Assembly: GCA_964016885.1 (NCBI GenBank)
Contig: OZ024744.1
Location: 112,468,001-112,532,000, forward strand
Length of the DNA: 64,000 nucleotides
Origin: Eledone cirrhosa
Lineage: Eukaryota
Reading direction: 5' to 3'
Positions 23,501 through 38,500 of this stretch are shown piece by piece. A model generated the notes under the pieces. It worked only from the letters and a program-made list of their open reading frames with translations, had not been told where the DNA came from and did not search any database. A program made the translations under genes and the position numbers. The stretch's first letter is position 1. Each line of letters starts with the position of its first letter.

Positions 23501-26500
23501 GAATACCTTGGCCTTCCTTGATCCCTAGTTATCTGTAGGGTTGTGCCTGTTGGTGTGGTGAATATCTTGGCCTTCCTTGATCCCTAGTTATCTGTAGGGT
23601 TGTTCCTGTTGGTGTGGTGAATACCTTGGCCCTCATTGATCCCTAGTTATGTGTAGGGTTGTTCAAGTTTGCATGGTGAATACCTTGGCCCTCATAGATC
23701 CCTAGTTATCTGTAGGGTTGTTCATGATGGTGTGGTGAATAACTTGGCCCTCATTGATCCCTAGTTATCTGTATGGTTGCTCCTGTTGGTGTGGTGAATA
23801 CCTTGGCCCTCATTGATCCCTAGTTATCTGTAGGGTTGTTCCTGTTGGTGTGGTGAATACCTTGGCCTTCATTGATACCTAGTTATCTGTAGGGTTGTTC
23901 CTGTTGGTGTGGTGAATACCTTGGCCCTCATTGATCCCAAGTTATATGTAGGGTTGTTCTTGTTGGTGTGGTGAATACCTTGGCCCTCATTGACCCCTAG
24001 TTATCTGTAGGGTTGTTCCTGTTGGTGTGGTGAATACCTTGGCCTTCCTTGGTCCCTAGATATCTGTAGAGTTGTTCTTGTTGGTGTGGTGAATACCTTG
24101 GCCCTCATTGATCCCTAGTTATGTGTAGGGTTGTTCATGTTGGCATGGTGAATACCTTGGCCTTCCTTGATCCCTAGTTATCTGTAGGGTTGTTCCTGTT
24201 GGTGTGGTGAATACCTTGGCCTTTCTTGATCCCTAGTTATCTGTAGGGTTGTTCCTGTTGGTGTGGTAAATACCTTGGCCTTCCTTGATCCCTAGTTATC
24301 TGTAGGGTTGTTCATGTTTGTGTGGTGAATACCTTGGCCCTCATTGATCCCTAGTTTTCTGTAGGGTTGTTCCTGTTGCTGTGGTGAATACCTTGGCCTT
24401 CATTGATCCCTAGTTATCTGTAGGGTTGATCCTGTTGGTGTGGTGAATACCTTGGCCCTCATTGATCCCTAGTTATCTGTAGGGTTGTTCCTGTTGGTGT
24501 GGTGAATACCTTGGCCTTCCTTGATCCCTAGTTATCTGTAGGGTTGTTCTTGTTGGTGTGGTGAATACCTTGGCCTTCCTTGATCCCTAGATATCTGTAG
24601 GGTTGTTCCTGTTGGTGTGGTGAATACCTTGGCCCTCATAGATCCCTAGATATCTGTAGGGTTGTTCCTGTTGGTGTGGTGAATACCTTGGCCCTCATTG
24701 ATCCCTAGTTATCTGTAGGGTTGTTCTTGTTGGTGTGGTGAAGTCCTTGGCCTTCCTTGATCCCTAGATATCTGTAGGGTTGTTCCTGTTGGTGTGGTGA
24801 ATACCTTGGCCCTCATTGATCCCTAGTTATCTGTAGGGTTGTTCCTGTTGGTGTGGTGAATACCTTGGCCTTCCTTGGTCCCTAGATATCTGTAGAGTTG
24901 TTCTTGTTGGTGTGGTGAATACCTTGGCCCTCATTGATCCCTAGTTATGTGTAGGGTTGTTCATGTTGGATGGTGACTACCTTGGCCTTCCTTGATCCCT
25001 AGTTATCTGTAGGGTTGTTCCTGTTGGTGTGGTGAATACCTTGGCCTTCCTTGATCCCTAGTTATCTGTAGGATTGTTCCTGTTGGTGTGGTAAATACCT
25101 TGGCCTTCCTTGATCCCTAGTTATCTGTAGGGTTGTTCATGTTGGTGTGGTGAATACCTTGGCCATCATTGATCCCTAGTTATGTGTAGGGTTGTTCTTG
25201 TTGGTGTGGTGAATACCTTGGCCTTCATTGATCCCTAGATATCTGTAGGGTTGTTCATGTTTGTGTGGTGAATACCTTGGCCTTCATTGATCCCTAGTTA
25301 TCTGTAGGGTTGTTCATGTTGGTGTGGTGAATTCCTTGGACTTCATTGATCCCTAGTTATCTGTAGGGTTGTTCATGTTTGTGTGGTGAATACCTTGGCC
25401 TTCATTGATCCCTAGTTATCTGTAGGGTTGTTCATGTTTGTGTGGTGAATACCTTGGCCTTCATTGATCCCTAGTTATCTGTAGGGTTGTTCATGTTGGT
25501 GTGGTGAATACCTTGGCCTTCATTGATCCCTAGTTATCTGTAGGGGTGTTCCTGTTGGCGTGGTGAATAGCTTGGCCTTCATTGATCCCTAGATATCTGT
25601 AGGGTTGTTCCTGTTGGTGTGGTGAATACCTAGGCCTTCATTGATCCCTAGTTATCTGTAGGGTTTTTCATGTTGCTGTGGTGAATACCTTGGCCTTCCT
25701 TGATCCCTAGTTATCTGTAGGGTTGTTCATGTTGGTGTGGTGAATACCTTGGCCATCATTGATCCCTAGTTATGTGTAGGGTTGTTCTTGTTGGTGTGGT
25801 GAATACCTTGGCCTTCATTGATCCCTAGATATCTGTAGGGTTGTTCATGTTTGTGTGGTGAATACCTTGGCCTTCATTGATCCCTAGTTATCTGTAGGGT
25901 TGTTCATGTTGGTGTGGTGAATTCCTTGGCCTTCATTGATCCCTAGTTATCTGTAGGGTTGTTCATGTTTGTGTGGTGAATACCTTGGCCTTCATTGATC
26001 CCTAGTTATCTGTAGGGTTGTTCATGTTTGTGTGGTGAATACCTTGGCCTTCATTGATCCCTAGTTATCTGTAGGGTTGTTCATGTTGGTGTGGTGAATA
26101 CCTTGGCCTTCATTGATCCCTAGTTATCTGTAGGGGTGTTCCTGTTGGCGTGGTGAATACCTTGGCCTTCATTGATCCCTAGATATCTGTAAGGTTGTTC
26201 CTGTTGGTGTGGTGAATACCTAGGCCTTCATTGATCCCTAGTTATCTGTAGGGTTTTTCATGTTGCTGTGGTGAATACCTTGGCCTTCCTTGATCCCTAG
26301 TTATCTGTAGGGTTGTTCCTGTTGGTGTGGTGAATACCTTGGCCTTCCTTGATCCCTAGTTATCTGTAGGGTTGTTCCTGTTGGTGTGGTAAATACCTTG
26401 GCCTTCCTTGATCCCTAGTTATCTGTAGGGTTGTTCATGTTGGTGTGGTGAATACCTTGGCCTTCATTGATCCCTAGGTATGTGTAGTGTTATTCTTGTT

Positions 26501-29500
26501 GGTGTGGTGAATACCTTGGCCTTCATTGATCCCTAGATATCTGTAGGGTTGTTCCTGTTGGTGTGGTGAATACCTAGGCCTTCATTGATCCCTAGTTATC
26601 TGTAGGGTTTTTCATGTTGCTGTGGTGAATACCTTGGCCTTCCTTGATCCCTAGTTATCTGTAGGGTTGTTCATGTTGCTGTGGTGAATACCTTGGCCTT
26701 CCTTGATCCCTAGATATCTGTAGGGTTGTTATTGTTGGTGTGGTGAATACCTTGGCCTTCCTTGATCCCTAGATATCTGTAGAGTTGTTCCTGTTGGCGT
26801 GGTGAATACCATGGCCCTCATTGATCCCTAGTTATCTGTAGTGTTGTGCCTGTTGGTGTGGTGAATACCTTGGCCTTCCTTGATCCCTAGATATCTGTAG
26901 GGTTGTTCCTGTTGGTGTGGTGAATACCTTGGCCTTCCTTGATCCCTAGTTATCTGTAGGGGTGTTCTTGTTGGTGTGGTGAATACCTTGGCCTTCCTTG
27001 ATCCCTAGATATCTGTAGGGTTGTTCCTGTTGGTGTGGTGAATACCTTGGCCCTCATTGATCCCTAGTTATCTGTAGTGTTGTTCCTGTTGGTGGGGTGA
27101 ATACCTTGGCCTTCCTTGATCCCTAGTTATCTGTAGGGTTGTGCCTGTTGGTGTGGTGAATATCTTGGCCTTCCTTGATCCCTAGTTATCTGTAGGGTTG
27201 TTCCTGTTGGTGTGGTGAATACCTTGGCCCTCATTGATCCCTAGTTATGTGTAGGGTTGTTCATGTTGGCATGGTGAATACCTTGGCCCTCATAGATCCC
27301 TAGTTATCTGTAGGGTTGTTCATGATGGTGTGGTGAATAACTTGGCCCTCATTGATCCCTAGTTATCTGTATGGTTGTTCCTGTTGGTGTGGTGAATACC
27401 TTGGCCCTCATTGATCCCTAGTTATCTGTAGGGTTGTTCCTGTTGGTGTGGTGAATACCTTGGCCTTCATTGATACCTAGTTATCTGTAGGGTTGTTCCT
27501 GTTGGTGTGGTGAATACCTTGGCCCTCATTGATCCCAAGTTATATGTAGGGTTGTTCTTGTTGGTGTGGTGAATACCTTGGCCCTCATTGACCCCTAGTT
27601 ATCTGTAGGGTTGTTCCTGTTGGTGTGGTGAATACCTTGGCCTTCCTTGGTCCCTAGATATCTGTAGAGTTGTTCTTGTTGGTGTGGTGAATACCTTGGC
27701 CCTCATTGATCCCTAGTTATGTGTAGGGTTGTTCATGTTGGCATGGTGAATACCTTGGCCTTCCTTGATCCCTAGTTATCTGTAGGGTTGTTCCTGTTGG
27801 TGTGGTGAATACCTTGGCCTTTCTTGATCCCTAGTTATCTGTAGGGTTGTTCCTGTTGGTGTGGTAAATACCTTGGCCTTCCTTGATACCTAGTTATCTG
27901 TAGGGTTGTTCATGTTTGTGTGGTGAATACCTTGGCCCTCATTGATCCCTAGTTTTCTGTAGGGTTGTTCCTGTTGCTGTGGTGAATACCTTGGCCTTCA
28001 TTGATCCCTAGTTATCTGTAGGGTTGATCCTGTTGGTGTGGTGAATACCTTGGCCCTCATTGATCCCTAGTTATCTGTAGGGTTGTTCCTGTTGGTGTGG
28101 TGAATACCTTGGCCTTCCTTGATCCCTAGTTATCTGTAGGGTTGTTCTTGTTGGTGTGGTGAATACCTTGGCCTTCCTTGATCCCTAGATATCTGTAGGG
28201 TTGTTCCTGTTGGTGTGGTGAATACCTTGGCCCTCATAGATCCCTAGATATCTGTAGGGTTGTTCCTGTTGGCGTGGTGAATACCTTGGCCCTCATTGAT
28301 CCCTAGTTATCTGTAGGGTTGTTCTTGTTGGTGTGGTGAAGTCCTTGGCCTTCCTTGATCCCTAGATATCTGTAGGGTTGTTCCTGTTGGTGTGGTGAAT
28401 ACCTTGGCCCTCATTGATCCCTAGTTATCTGTAGGGTTGTTCCTGTTGGTGTGGTGAATACCTTGGCCTTCCTTGGTCCCTAGATATCTGTAGAGTTGTT
28501 CTTGTTGGTGTGGTGAATACCTTGGCCCTCATTGATCCCTAGTTATGTGTAGGGTTGTCCATGTTGGCATGGTGACTACCTTGGCCTTCCTTGATCCCTA
28601 GTTATCTGTAGGGTTGTTCCTGTTGGTGTGGTGAATACCTTGGCCTTCCTTGATCACTAGTTATCTGTAGGATTGTTCCTGTTGGTGTGGTAAATACCTT
28701 GGCCTTCCTTGATCCCTAGTTATCTGTAGGGTTGTTCATGTTGGTGTGGTGAATACCTTGGCCATCATTGATCCCTAGTTATGTGTAGGGTTGTTCTTGT
28801 TGGTGTGGTGAATACCTTGGCCTTCATTGATCCCTAGATATCTGTAGGGTTGTTCATGTTTGTGTGGTGAATACCTTGGCCTTCATTGATCCCTAGTTAT
28901 CTGTAGGGTTGTTCATGTTGGTGTGGTGAATTCCTTGGACTTCATTGATCCCTAGTTATCTGTAGGGTTGTTCATGTTTGTGTGGTGAATACCTTGGCCT
29001 TCATTGATCCCTAGTTATCTGTAGGGTTGTTCATGTTTGTGTGGTGAATACCTTGGCCTTCATTGATCCCTAGTTATCTGTAGGGTTGTTCATGTTGGTG
29101 TGGTGAATACCTTGGCCTTCATTGATCCCTAGTTATCTGTAGGGGTGTTCCTGTTGGCGTGGTGAATAGCTTGGCCTTCATTGATCCCTAGATATCTGTA
29201 GGGTTGTTCCTGTTGGTGTGGTGAATACCTAGGCCTTCATTGATCCCTAGTTATCTGTAGGGTTTTTCATGTTGCTGTGGTGAATACCTTGGCCTTCCTT
29301 GATCCCTAGTTATCTGTAGGGTTGTTCATGTTGGTGTGGTGAATACCTTGGCCATCATTGATCCCTAGTTATGTGTAGGGTTGTTCTTGTTGGTGTGGTG
29401 AATACCTTGGCCTTCATTGATCCCTAGATATCTGTAGGGTTGTTCATGTTTGTGTGGTGAATACCTTGGCCTTCATTGATCCCTAGTTATCTGTAGGGTT

Positions 29501-32500
29501 GTTCATGTTGGTGTGGTGAATTCCTTGGCCTTCATTGATCCCTAGTTATCTGTAGGGTTGTTCATGTTTGTGTGGTGAATACCTTGGCCTTCATTGATCC
29601 CTAGTTATCTGTAGGGTTGTTCATGTTTGTGTGGTGAATACCTTGGCCTTCATTGATCCCTAGTTATCTGTAGGCTTGTTCATGTTGGTGTGGTGAATAC
29701 CTTGGCCTTCATTGATCCCTAGTTATCTGTAGGGTTGTTGATGTTGGTGTGGTGAATAGCTTGGCCTTCATTGATCCCTAGATATCTGTAGGGTTGTTCC
29801 TGTTGGTGTGGTGAATACCTTGGCCTTCATTGATCCCTAGTTATCTGTAGGATTGTTCCTGTTGGTGTGGTGAATACCTTGGCCTTCATTGATCCCTAGA
29901 TATCTGTAGGGTTGTTCCTGGTGGTGTGGTGAATACCTTGGCCTTCCTTGATCCCTAGTTATCTGTAGGGTTGTTCCTGTTGGTGTGGTGAATACCTTGG
30001 CCTTCATTGATCCTTAGATATCTGTAGGATTGTTCATGTTGGTGTGGTGAATACCTTGGCCTTCCTTGATCCCTAGATATCTGTAGGGGTGTTCATGTTG
30101 GTGTGGTGAATACCTTGGCCCTCATTGATCCCTAGTTATCTGTAGTGTTGTTCATGTTGGTGTGGTGAATACCTTGGCCTTCCTTGATCCCTAGTTATCT
30201 GTAGGGTTGTTCCTGTTGGTGTGGTGAATACCTTGGCCCTCATTGATCCCTAGTTATCTGTAGGGTTGTTCATGTTGGTGTGGTGAATACCTTGGCCCTC
30301 ATTGATCCCTAGTTATCTGTAGGGTTGTTCTTGTTGGTGTGGTGAATACCTTGGTCCTCATTGATCCCTAGTTATCTGTAGGGTTGTTCATGTTGGTGTG
30401 GTGAATACCTTGGCCCTCATTGATCCCTAGTTATCTGTAGGGTTGTTCTTGTTGGTGTGGTGAATACTTTGGCCCTCATTGATCCCTATTTATCTGTAGT
30501 GTTGTTTATGTTGATGTGGTGAATACCTTGGCCTTCATTGATCCCTAGTTATCTGTAGGGTTGTTCTTGTTGGTGTGATGAATACCTTGGCCCTCATTGA
30601 TCCCTAGTTATCTGTAGGGTTGTTCTTGTTGGTGTGGTGAATACTTTGGCCCTCATTGATCCCTAGTTATCTGTAGGGGTGTTCATGTTGGTGTGGTGAA
30701 TACCTTGGCCCTCATTGATCCCTAGTTATCTGTAGGGTTGTTCATGTTGGTGTGGTGAATACCTTGGCCTTCATTGATCCCTAGTTATCTGTAGGGTTGT
30801 TCATGTTGGTTTGATGAATACCTTGGCCTTCCTTGATCCCTAGTTATGTGTAGGGTTGTTCATGTTGGTGTGGTGAATACCTTGGCCTTCATTGATCCCT
30901 AGATATCTGTAGTGTTGTTCTTGTTGGTGTGGTGAATACCTTGGCCCTCATTGATCCCTAGTTATGTGTAGGGTTGTTCCTGTTGGTGTGGTGAATACCT
31001 TGGCCCTCATTGATCCCTAGATATCTGTAGTGTTGTTCATGTTGGTGTGGTGAATACCTTGGCCTTCCTTGATCCCTAGTTATCTGTAGGGTTGTTCCTG
31101 TTGGTGTGGTGAATTTCTTGGTCTTCCTTGATCCCTAGATATCTGTAGCGTTGTTCCTGTTGGTGTGGTGAATACCTTGGCCCTCATTGATCCCTAGTTA
31201 TCTGTAGGGTTGTTCCTGTTGGTGTGGTGAATACCTTGGCCTTCATTGATCCCTAGTTATCTGTAGGGTTGTTCATGTTGGTGAGGTGAATACCTTGGCC
31301 CTCATTGATCCCTAGTTATCTGTAGGGGTGTTCATGTTGGTGTGGTGAATACCTTGGCCTTCATTGATCCCTAGTTATCTGTAGGGTTGTTCCTGTTGGT
31401 GTGGTGAATACCTTGGCCTTCATTGATCCCTAGATATCTGTAGGGTTGTTCCTGGTGGTGTGGTGAATACCTTGGCCTTCATTGATCCCTAGTTATCTGT
31501 AGGGTTGTTCCTGTTGGTGTGGTGAATACCTTGGCCTTCATTGATCCCTAGATATCTGTAGGATTGTTCATGTTGGTGTGGTGAATACCTTGGCCTTCCT
31601 TGATCCCTAGATATCTGTAGGGGTGTTCATGTTGGTGTGGTGAATACCTTGGCCCTCATTGATCCCTAGTTATCTGTAGTGTTGTTCATGTTGGTGTGGT
31701 GAATACCTTGGCCTTCCTTGATCCCTAGTTATCTGTAGGGTTGTTCCTGTTGGTGTGGTGAATACCTTGGCCCTCATTGATCCCTAGTTATCTGTAGGGT
31801 TGTTCATGTTGGTGTGGTGAATACCTTGGCCCTCATTGATCCCTAGTTATCTGTAGGGTTGTTCTTGTTGGTGTGGTGAATACTTTGGCCTTCATTGATC
31901 CCTAGTTATCTGTAGGGGTGTTCATGTTGGTGTGGTGAATACCTTGGCCCTCATTGATCCCTAGTTATCTGTAGGGTTGTTCATGTTGGTGTGGTGAATA
32001 CCTTGGCCTTCATTGATCCCTAGTTATCTGTAGGGTTGTTCATGTTGGTTTGGTGAATACCTTGGCCTTCCTTGATCCCTAGTTATCTGTAGGGTTGTTG
32101 ATGTTGGTGTGGTGAATACCTTGGCCTTCCTTGATCCCTAGATATCTGTAGTGTTGTTCTTGTTGGTGTGGTGAATACCTTGGCCCTCATTGATCCCTAG
32201 TTATGTGTAGGGTTGTTCCTGTTGGTGTGGTGAATACCTTGGCCCTCATTGATCCCTAGATATCTGTAGTGTTGTTCATGTTGGTGTGGTGAATACCTTG
32301 GCCTTCCTTGATCCCTAGTTGTCTGTAGGGTTGTTCCTGTTTTTGTGGTGAATTTCTTGGTCTTCCTTGATCCCTAGATATCTGTAGGGTTGTTCCTGTT
32401 GGTGTGGTGAATACCTTGGCCTTCATTGATCCCTAGTTATCTGTAGGGTTGTGCCTGTTGGTGTGGTGAATATCTTGGCCTTCCTTGATCCCTAGTTATC

Positions 32501-35500
32501 TGTAGGGTTGTTCCTGTTGGTGTGGTGAATACCTTGGCCCTCATTGATCCCTAGTTATGTGTAGGGTTGGTCATGTTGGCATGGTGAATACCTTGGCCCT
32601 CATAGATCCCTAGTTATCTGTAGGGTTGTTCATGATGGTGTGGTGAATAACTTGGCCCTCATTGATCCCTAGTTATCTGTATGGTTGTTCCTGTTGGTGT
32701 GGTGAATACCTTGGCCTTCCTTGATCCCTAGTTGTCTGTAGGGTTGTTCCTGTTTTTGTGGTGAATTTCTTGGTCTTCCTTGATCCCTAGATATCTGTAG
32801 GGTTGTTCCTGTTGGTGTGGTGAATACCTTGGCCTTCATTGATCCCTAGTTATCTGTAGGGTTGTTCATGTTGGTGTGGTGAATACCTTGGCCTTCCTTG
32901 ATCCCTAGTTATCTGTAGGGTTGTTCCTGTTGGTGTGGTGAATACCTTGGCCTTCCTTGATCCCTAGATATCTGTAGGGTTGTTCCTGTTGGTGTGGTGA
33001 ATACTTTGGCCTTCATTGATCCCTAGTTATCTGTAGGGGTGTTCATGTTGGTGTGGTGAATACCTTGGCCCTCATTGATCCCTAGTTATCTGTAGGGTTG
33101 TTCATGTTGGTGTGGTGAATACCTTGGCCTTCATTGATCCCTAGTTATCTGTAGGATTGTTCATGTTGGTTTGGTGAATACCTTGGCCTTCCTTGATCCC
33201 TAGTTATCTGTAGGGTTGTTCATGTTGGTGTGGTGAGTACCTTGGCCTTCCTTGATCCCTAGATATCTGTAGTGTTGTTCTTGTTGGTGTGGTGAATACC
33301 TTGGCCCTCATTGATCCCTAGTTATGTGTAGGGTTGTTCCTGTTGGTGTGGTGAATACCTTGGCCCTCATTGATCCCTAGATATCTGTAGTGTTGTTCAT
33401 GTTGGTGTGGTGAATACCTTGGCCTTCCTTGATCCCTAGTTGTCTGTAGGGTTGTTCCTGTTAGTGTGGTGAATTTCTTGGTCTTCCTTGATCCCTAGAT
33501 ATCTGTAGGGTTGTTCCTGTTGGTGTGGTGAATACCTTGGCCCTCATTGATCCCTAGTTATCTGTAGGGTTGTTCCTGTTGGTGTGGTGAATACCTTGGC
33601 CTTCATTGATCCCTAGTTATCTGTAGGGTTGTTCATGTTGGTGAGCTGAATACCTTGGCCCTCATTGATCCCTAGTTATCTGTAGGGGTGTTCATGTTGG
33701 TGTGGTGAATACCTTGGCCTTCATTGATCCCTAGTTATCTGTAGGATTGTTCCTGTTGGTGTGGTGAATACCTTGGCCTTCATTGATCCCTAGATATCTG
33801 TAGGGTTGTTCCTGGTGGTGTGGTGAATACCTTGGCCTTCCTTGATCCCTAGTTATCTGTAGGGTTGTTCCTGTTGGTGTGGTGAATACCTTGGCCTTCA
33901 TTGATCCCTAGATATCTGTAGGATTGTTCATGTTGGTGTGGTGAATACCTTGGCCTTCCTTGATCCCTAGATATCTGTAGGGGTGTTCATGTTGGTGTGG
34001 TGAATACCTTGGCCCTCATTGATCCCTAGTTATCTGTAGTGTTGTTCATGTTGGTGTGGTGAATACCTTGGCCTTCCTTGATCCCTAGTTATCTGTAGGG
34101 TTGTTCCTGTTGGTGTGGTGAATACCTTGGCCCTCATTGATCCCTAGTTATCTGTAGGGTTGTTCATGTTGGTGTGGTGAATACCTTGGCCCTCATTGAT
34201 CCCTAGTTATATGTAGGGTTGTTCTTGTTGGTGTGGTGAATACCTTGGTCCTCATTGATCCCTAGTTATCTGTAGGGTTGTTCATGTTGGTGTGGTGAAT
34301 ACCTTGGCCCTCATTGATCCCTAGTTATCTGTAGGGTTGTTCTTGTTGGTGTGGTGAATACTTTGGCCCTCATTGATCCCTAGTTATCTGTAGGGTTGTT
34401 CATGTTGATGTGGTGAATACCTTGGCCCTCATTGATCCCTAGTTATCTGTAGGGTTGTTCTTGTTGGTGTGGTGAATACCTTGGTCCTCATTGATCCCTA
34501 GTTATCTGTAGGGTTGTTCATGTTGGTGTGGTGAATACCTTGGCCCTCATTGATCCCTAGTTATCTGTAGGGTTGTTCTTGTTGGTGTGGTGAATACTTT
34601 GGCCCTCATTGATCCCTAGTTATCTGTAGGGGTGTTCATGTTGGTGTGGTGAATACCTTGGCCCTCATTGATCCCTAGTTATCTGTAGGGTTGTTCATGT
34701 TGGTGTGGTGAATACCTTGGCCTTCATTGATCCCTAGTTATCTGTAGGGTTGTTCATGTTGGTTTGGTGAATACCTTGGTCTTCCTTGATCCCTAGATAT
34801 CTGTAGGGTTGTTCCTGTTGGTGTGGTGAATACCTTGGCCTTCATTGATCCCTAGTTATCTGTAGGGTTGTGCCGGTTGGTGTGGTGAATATCTTGGCCT
34901 TCCTTGATCCCTAGTTATCTGTAGGGTTGTTCCTGTTGGTGTGGTGAATACCTTGGCCCTCATTGATCCCTAGTTATGTGTAGGGTTGGTCATGTTGGCA
35001 TGGTGAATACCTTGGCCCTCATAGATCCCTAGTTATCTGTAGGGTTGTTCATGATGGTGTGGTGAATAACTTGGCCCTCATTGATCCCTAGTTATCTGTA
35101 TGGTTGTTCCTGTTGGTGTGGTGAATACCTTGGCCCTCATTGATTCCTAGTTATCTGTAGGGTTGTTCATGTTGGTGTGGTGAATACCTTGGCCTTCCTT
35201 GATCCCTAGTTATCTGTAGGGTTGTTCCTGTTGGTGTGGTGAATACCTTGGCCTTCCTTGATCCCTAGATATCTGTAGGGTTGTTCCTGTTGGTGTGGTG
35301 AATACTTTGGCCTTCATTGATCCCTAGTTATCTGTAGGGGTGTTTATGTTGGTGTGGTGAATACCTTGGCCCTCATTGATCCCTAGTTATCTGTAGGGTT
35401 GTTCATGTTGGTGTGGTGAATACCTTCGCCTTCATTGATCCCTAGTTATCTGTAGGATTGTTCATGTTGGTTTGGTGAATACCTTGGCCTTCCTTGATCC

Positions 35501-38500
35501 CTAGTTATCTGTAGGGTTGTTCATGTTGGTGTGGTGAATACCTTGGCCTTCCTTGATCCCTAGATATCTGTAGTGTTGTTCTTGTTGGTGTGGTGAATAC
35601 CTTGGCCCTCATTGATCCCTAATTATGTGTAGGGTTGTTCCTGTTGGTGTGGTGAATTTCTTGGTCTTCCTTGATCCCTAGATATCTGAAGGGTTGTTCC
35701 TGTTGGTGTGGTGAATACCTTGGCCCTCATTGATCCCTAGTTATCTGTAGGGTTGTTCCTGTTGGTGTGGTGAATACCTTGGCCTTCATTGATCCCTAGT
35801 TATCTGTAGGGTTGTTCATGTTGGTGAGGTGAATACCTTGGCCCTCATTGATCCCTAGTTATCTGTAGGGGTGTTCATGTTGGTGTGGTGAATACCTTGG
35901 CCTTCATTGATCCCTAGTTATCTGTAGGATTGTTCCTGTTGGTGTGGTGAATACCTTGGCCTTCATTGATCCCTAGATATCTGTAGGGTTGTTCCTGGTG
36001 GTGTGGTGAATACCTTGGCCTTCCTTGATCCCTAGTTATCTGTAGGGTTGTTCCTGTTGGTGTGGTGAATACCTTGGCCTTCATTGATCCCTAGATATCT
36101 GTAGGATTGTTCATGTTGGTGTGGTGAATACCTTGGCCTTCCTTGATCCCTAGATATCTGTAGGGGTGTTCATGTTGGTGTGGTGAATACCTTGGCCCTC
36201 ATTGATCCCTAGTTATCTGTAGTGTTGTTCATGTTGGTGTGGTGAATACCTTGGCCTTCCTTGATCCCTAGTTATCTGTAGGGTTGTTCATGTTGGTGTG
36301 GTGAATACCTTGGCCCTCATTGATCCCTAGTTATCTGTAGGGTTGTTCTTGTTGGTGTGGTGAATACTTTGGCCCTCATTGATCCCTAGTTATCTGTAGT
36401 GTTGTTTATGTTGATGTGGTGAATACCTTGGCCCTCATTGATCCCTAGTTATCTGTAGGGTTGTTCTTGTTGGTGTGGTGAATACCTTGGTCCTCATTGA
36501 TCCCTAGTTATCTGTAGGGTTGTTCATGTTGGTGTGGTGAATACCTTGGCCCTCATTGATCCCTAGTTATCTGTAGGGTTGTTCTTGTTGGTGTGGTGAA
36601 TACTTTGGCCCTCATTGATCCCTAGTTATCTGTAGGGGTGTTCATGTTGGTGTGGTGAATACCTTGGCCCTCATTGATCCCTAGTTATCTGTAGGGTTGT
36701 TCATGTTGGTGTGGTGAATACCTTGGCCTTCATTGATCCCTAGTTATCTGTAGGGTTGTTCATGTTGGTTTGCTGAATACCTTGGCCTTCCTTGATCCCT
36801 AGTTATGTGTAGGGTTGTTCATGTTGGTGTGGTGAATACCTTGGCCTTCCTTGATCCCTAGATATCTGTAGTGTTGTTCTTGTTGGTGTGGTGAATACCT
36901 TGGCCCTTATTGATACCTAGTTATGTGTAGGGTTGTTCCTGTTGGTGTGGTGAATACCTTGGCCCTCATTGATCCCTAGATATCTGTAGTGTTGTTCATG
37001 TTGGTGTGGTGAATACCTTGGCCTTCCTTGATCCCTAGTTATCTGTAGGGTTGTTCCTGTTGGTGTGGTGAATTTCTTGGTCTTCCTTGATCCCTAGATA
37101 TCTGTAGCGTTGTTCCTGTTGGTGTGGTGAATACCTTGGCCCTCATTGATCCCTAGTTATCTGTAGTGTTGTTCATGTTGGTGTGGTGAATACCTTGGCC
37201 TTCCTTGATCCCTAGTTATCTGTAGGGTTGTTCCTGTTGGTGTGGTGAATACCTTGGCCCTCATTGATCCCTAGTTATCTGTAGGGTTGTTCATGTTGGT
37301 GTGGTGAATACCTTGGCCCTCATTGATCCCTAGTTATCTGTAGGGTTGTTCTTGTTGGTGTGGTGAATACCTTGGTCCTCATTGATCCCTAGTTATCTGT
37401 AGGGTTGTTCATGTTGGTGTGGTGAATACCTTGGCCCTCATTGATCCCTAGTTATCTGTAGGGTTGTTCTTGTTGGTGTGGTGAATACTTTGGCCCTCAT
37501 TGATCCCTAGTTATCTGTAGTGTTGTTTATGTTGATGTGGTGAATACCTTGGCCCTCATTGATCCCTAGTTATCTGTAGGGTTGTTCTTGTTGGTGTGGT
37601 GAATACCTTGGTCCTCATTGATCCCTAGTTATCTGTAGGGTTGTTCATGTTGGTGTGGTGAATACCTTGGCCCTCATTGATCCCTAGTTATCTGTAGGGT
37701 TGTTCTTGTTGGTGTGGTGAATACTTTGGCCCTCATTGATCCCTAGTTATCTGTAGGGGTGTTCATGTTGGTGTGGTGAATACCTTGGCCCTCATTGATC
37801 CCTAGTTATCTGTAGGGTTGTTCATGTTGGTGTGGTGAATACCTTGGCCTTCATTGATCCCTAGTTATCTGTAGGGTTGTTCATGTTGGTTTGGTGAATA
37901 CCTTGGCCTTCCTTGATCCCTAGTTATGTGTAGGGTTGTTCATGTTGGTGTGGTGAATACCTTGGCCTTCCTTGATCCCTAGATATCTGTAGTGTTGTTC
38001 TTGTTGGTGTGGTGAATACCTTGGCCCTCATTGATCCCTAGTTATGTGTAGGGTTGTTCCTGTTGGTGTGGTGAATACCTTGGCCCTCATTGATCCCTAG
38101 ATATCTGTAGTGTTGTTCATGTTGGTGTGGTGAATACCTTGGCCTTCCTTGATCCCTAGTTATCTGTAGGGTTGTTCCTGTTGGTGTGGTGAATTTCTTG
38201 GTCTTCCTTGATCCCTAGATATCTGTAGCATTGTTCCTGTTGGTGTGGTGAATACCTTGGCCCTCATTGATCCCTAGTTATCTGTAGGGTTGTTCCTGTT
38301 GGTGTGGTGAATACCTTGGCCTTCATTGATCCCTAGTTATCTGTAGGGTTGTTCATGTTGGTGAGGTGAATACCTTGGCCCTCATTGATCCCTAGATATC
38401 TGTAGTGTTGTTCATGTTGGTGTGGTGAATACTTTGGCCTTCCTTGATCCCTAGTTATGTGTAGGGTTGTTCCTGTTGGTGTGGTGAATACCTTGGCCCT

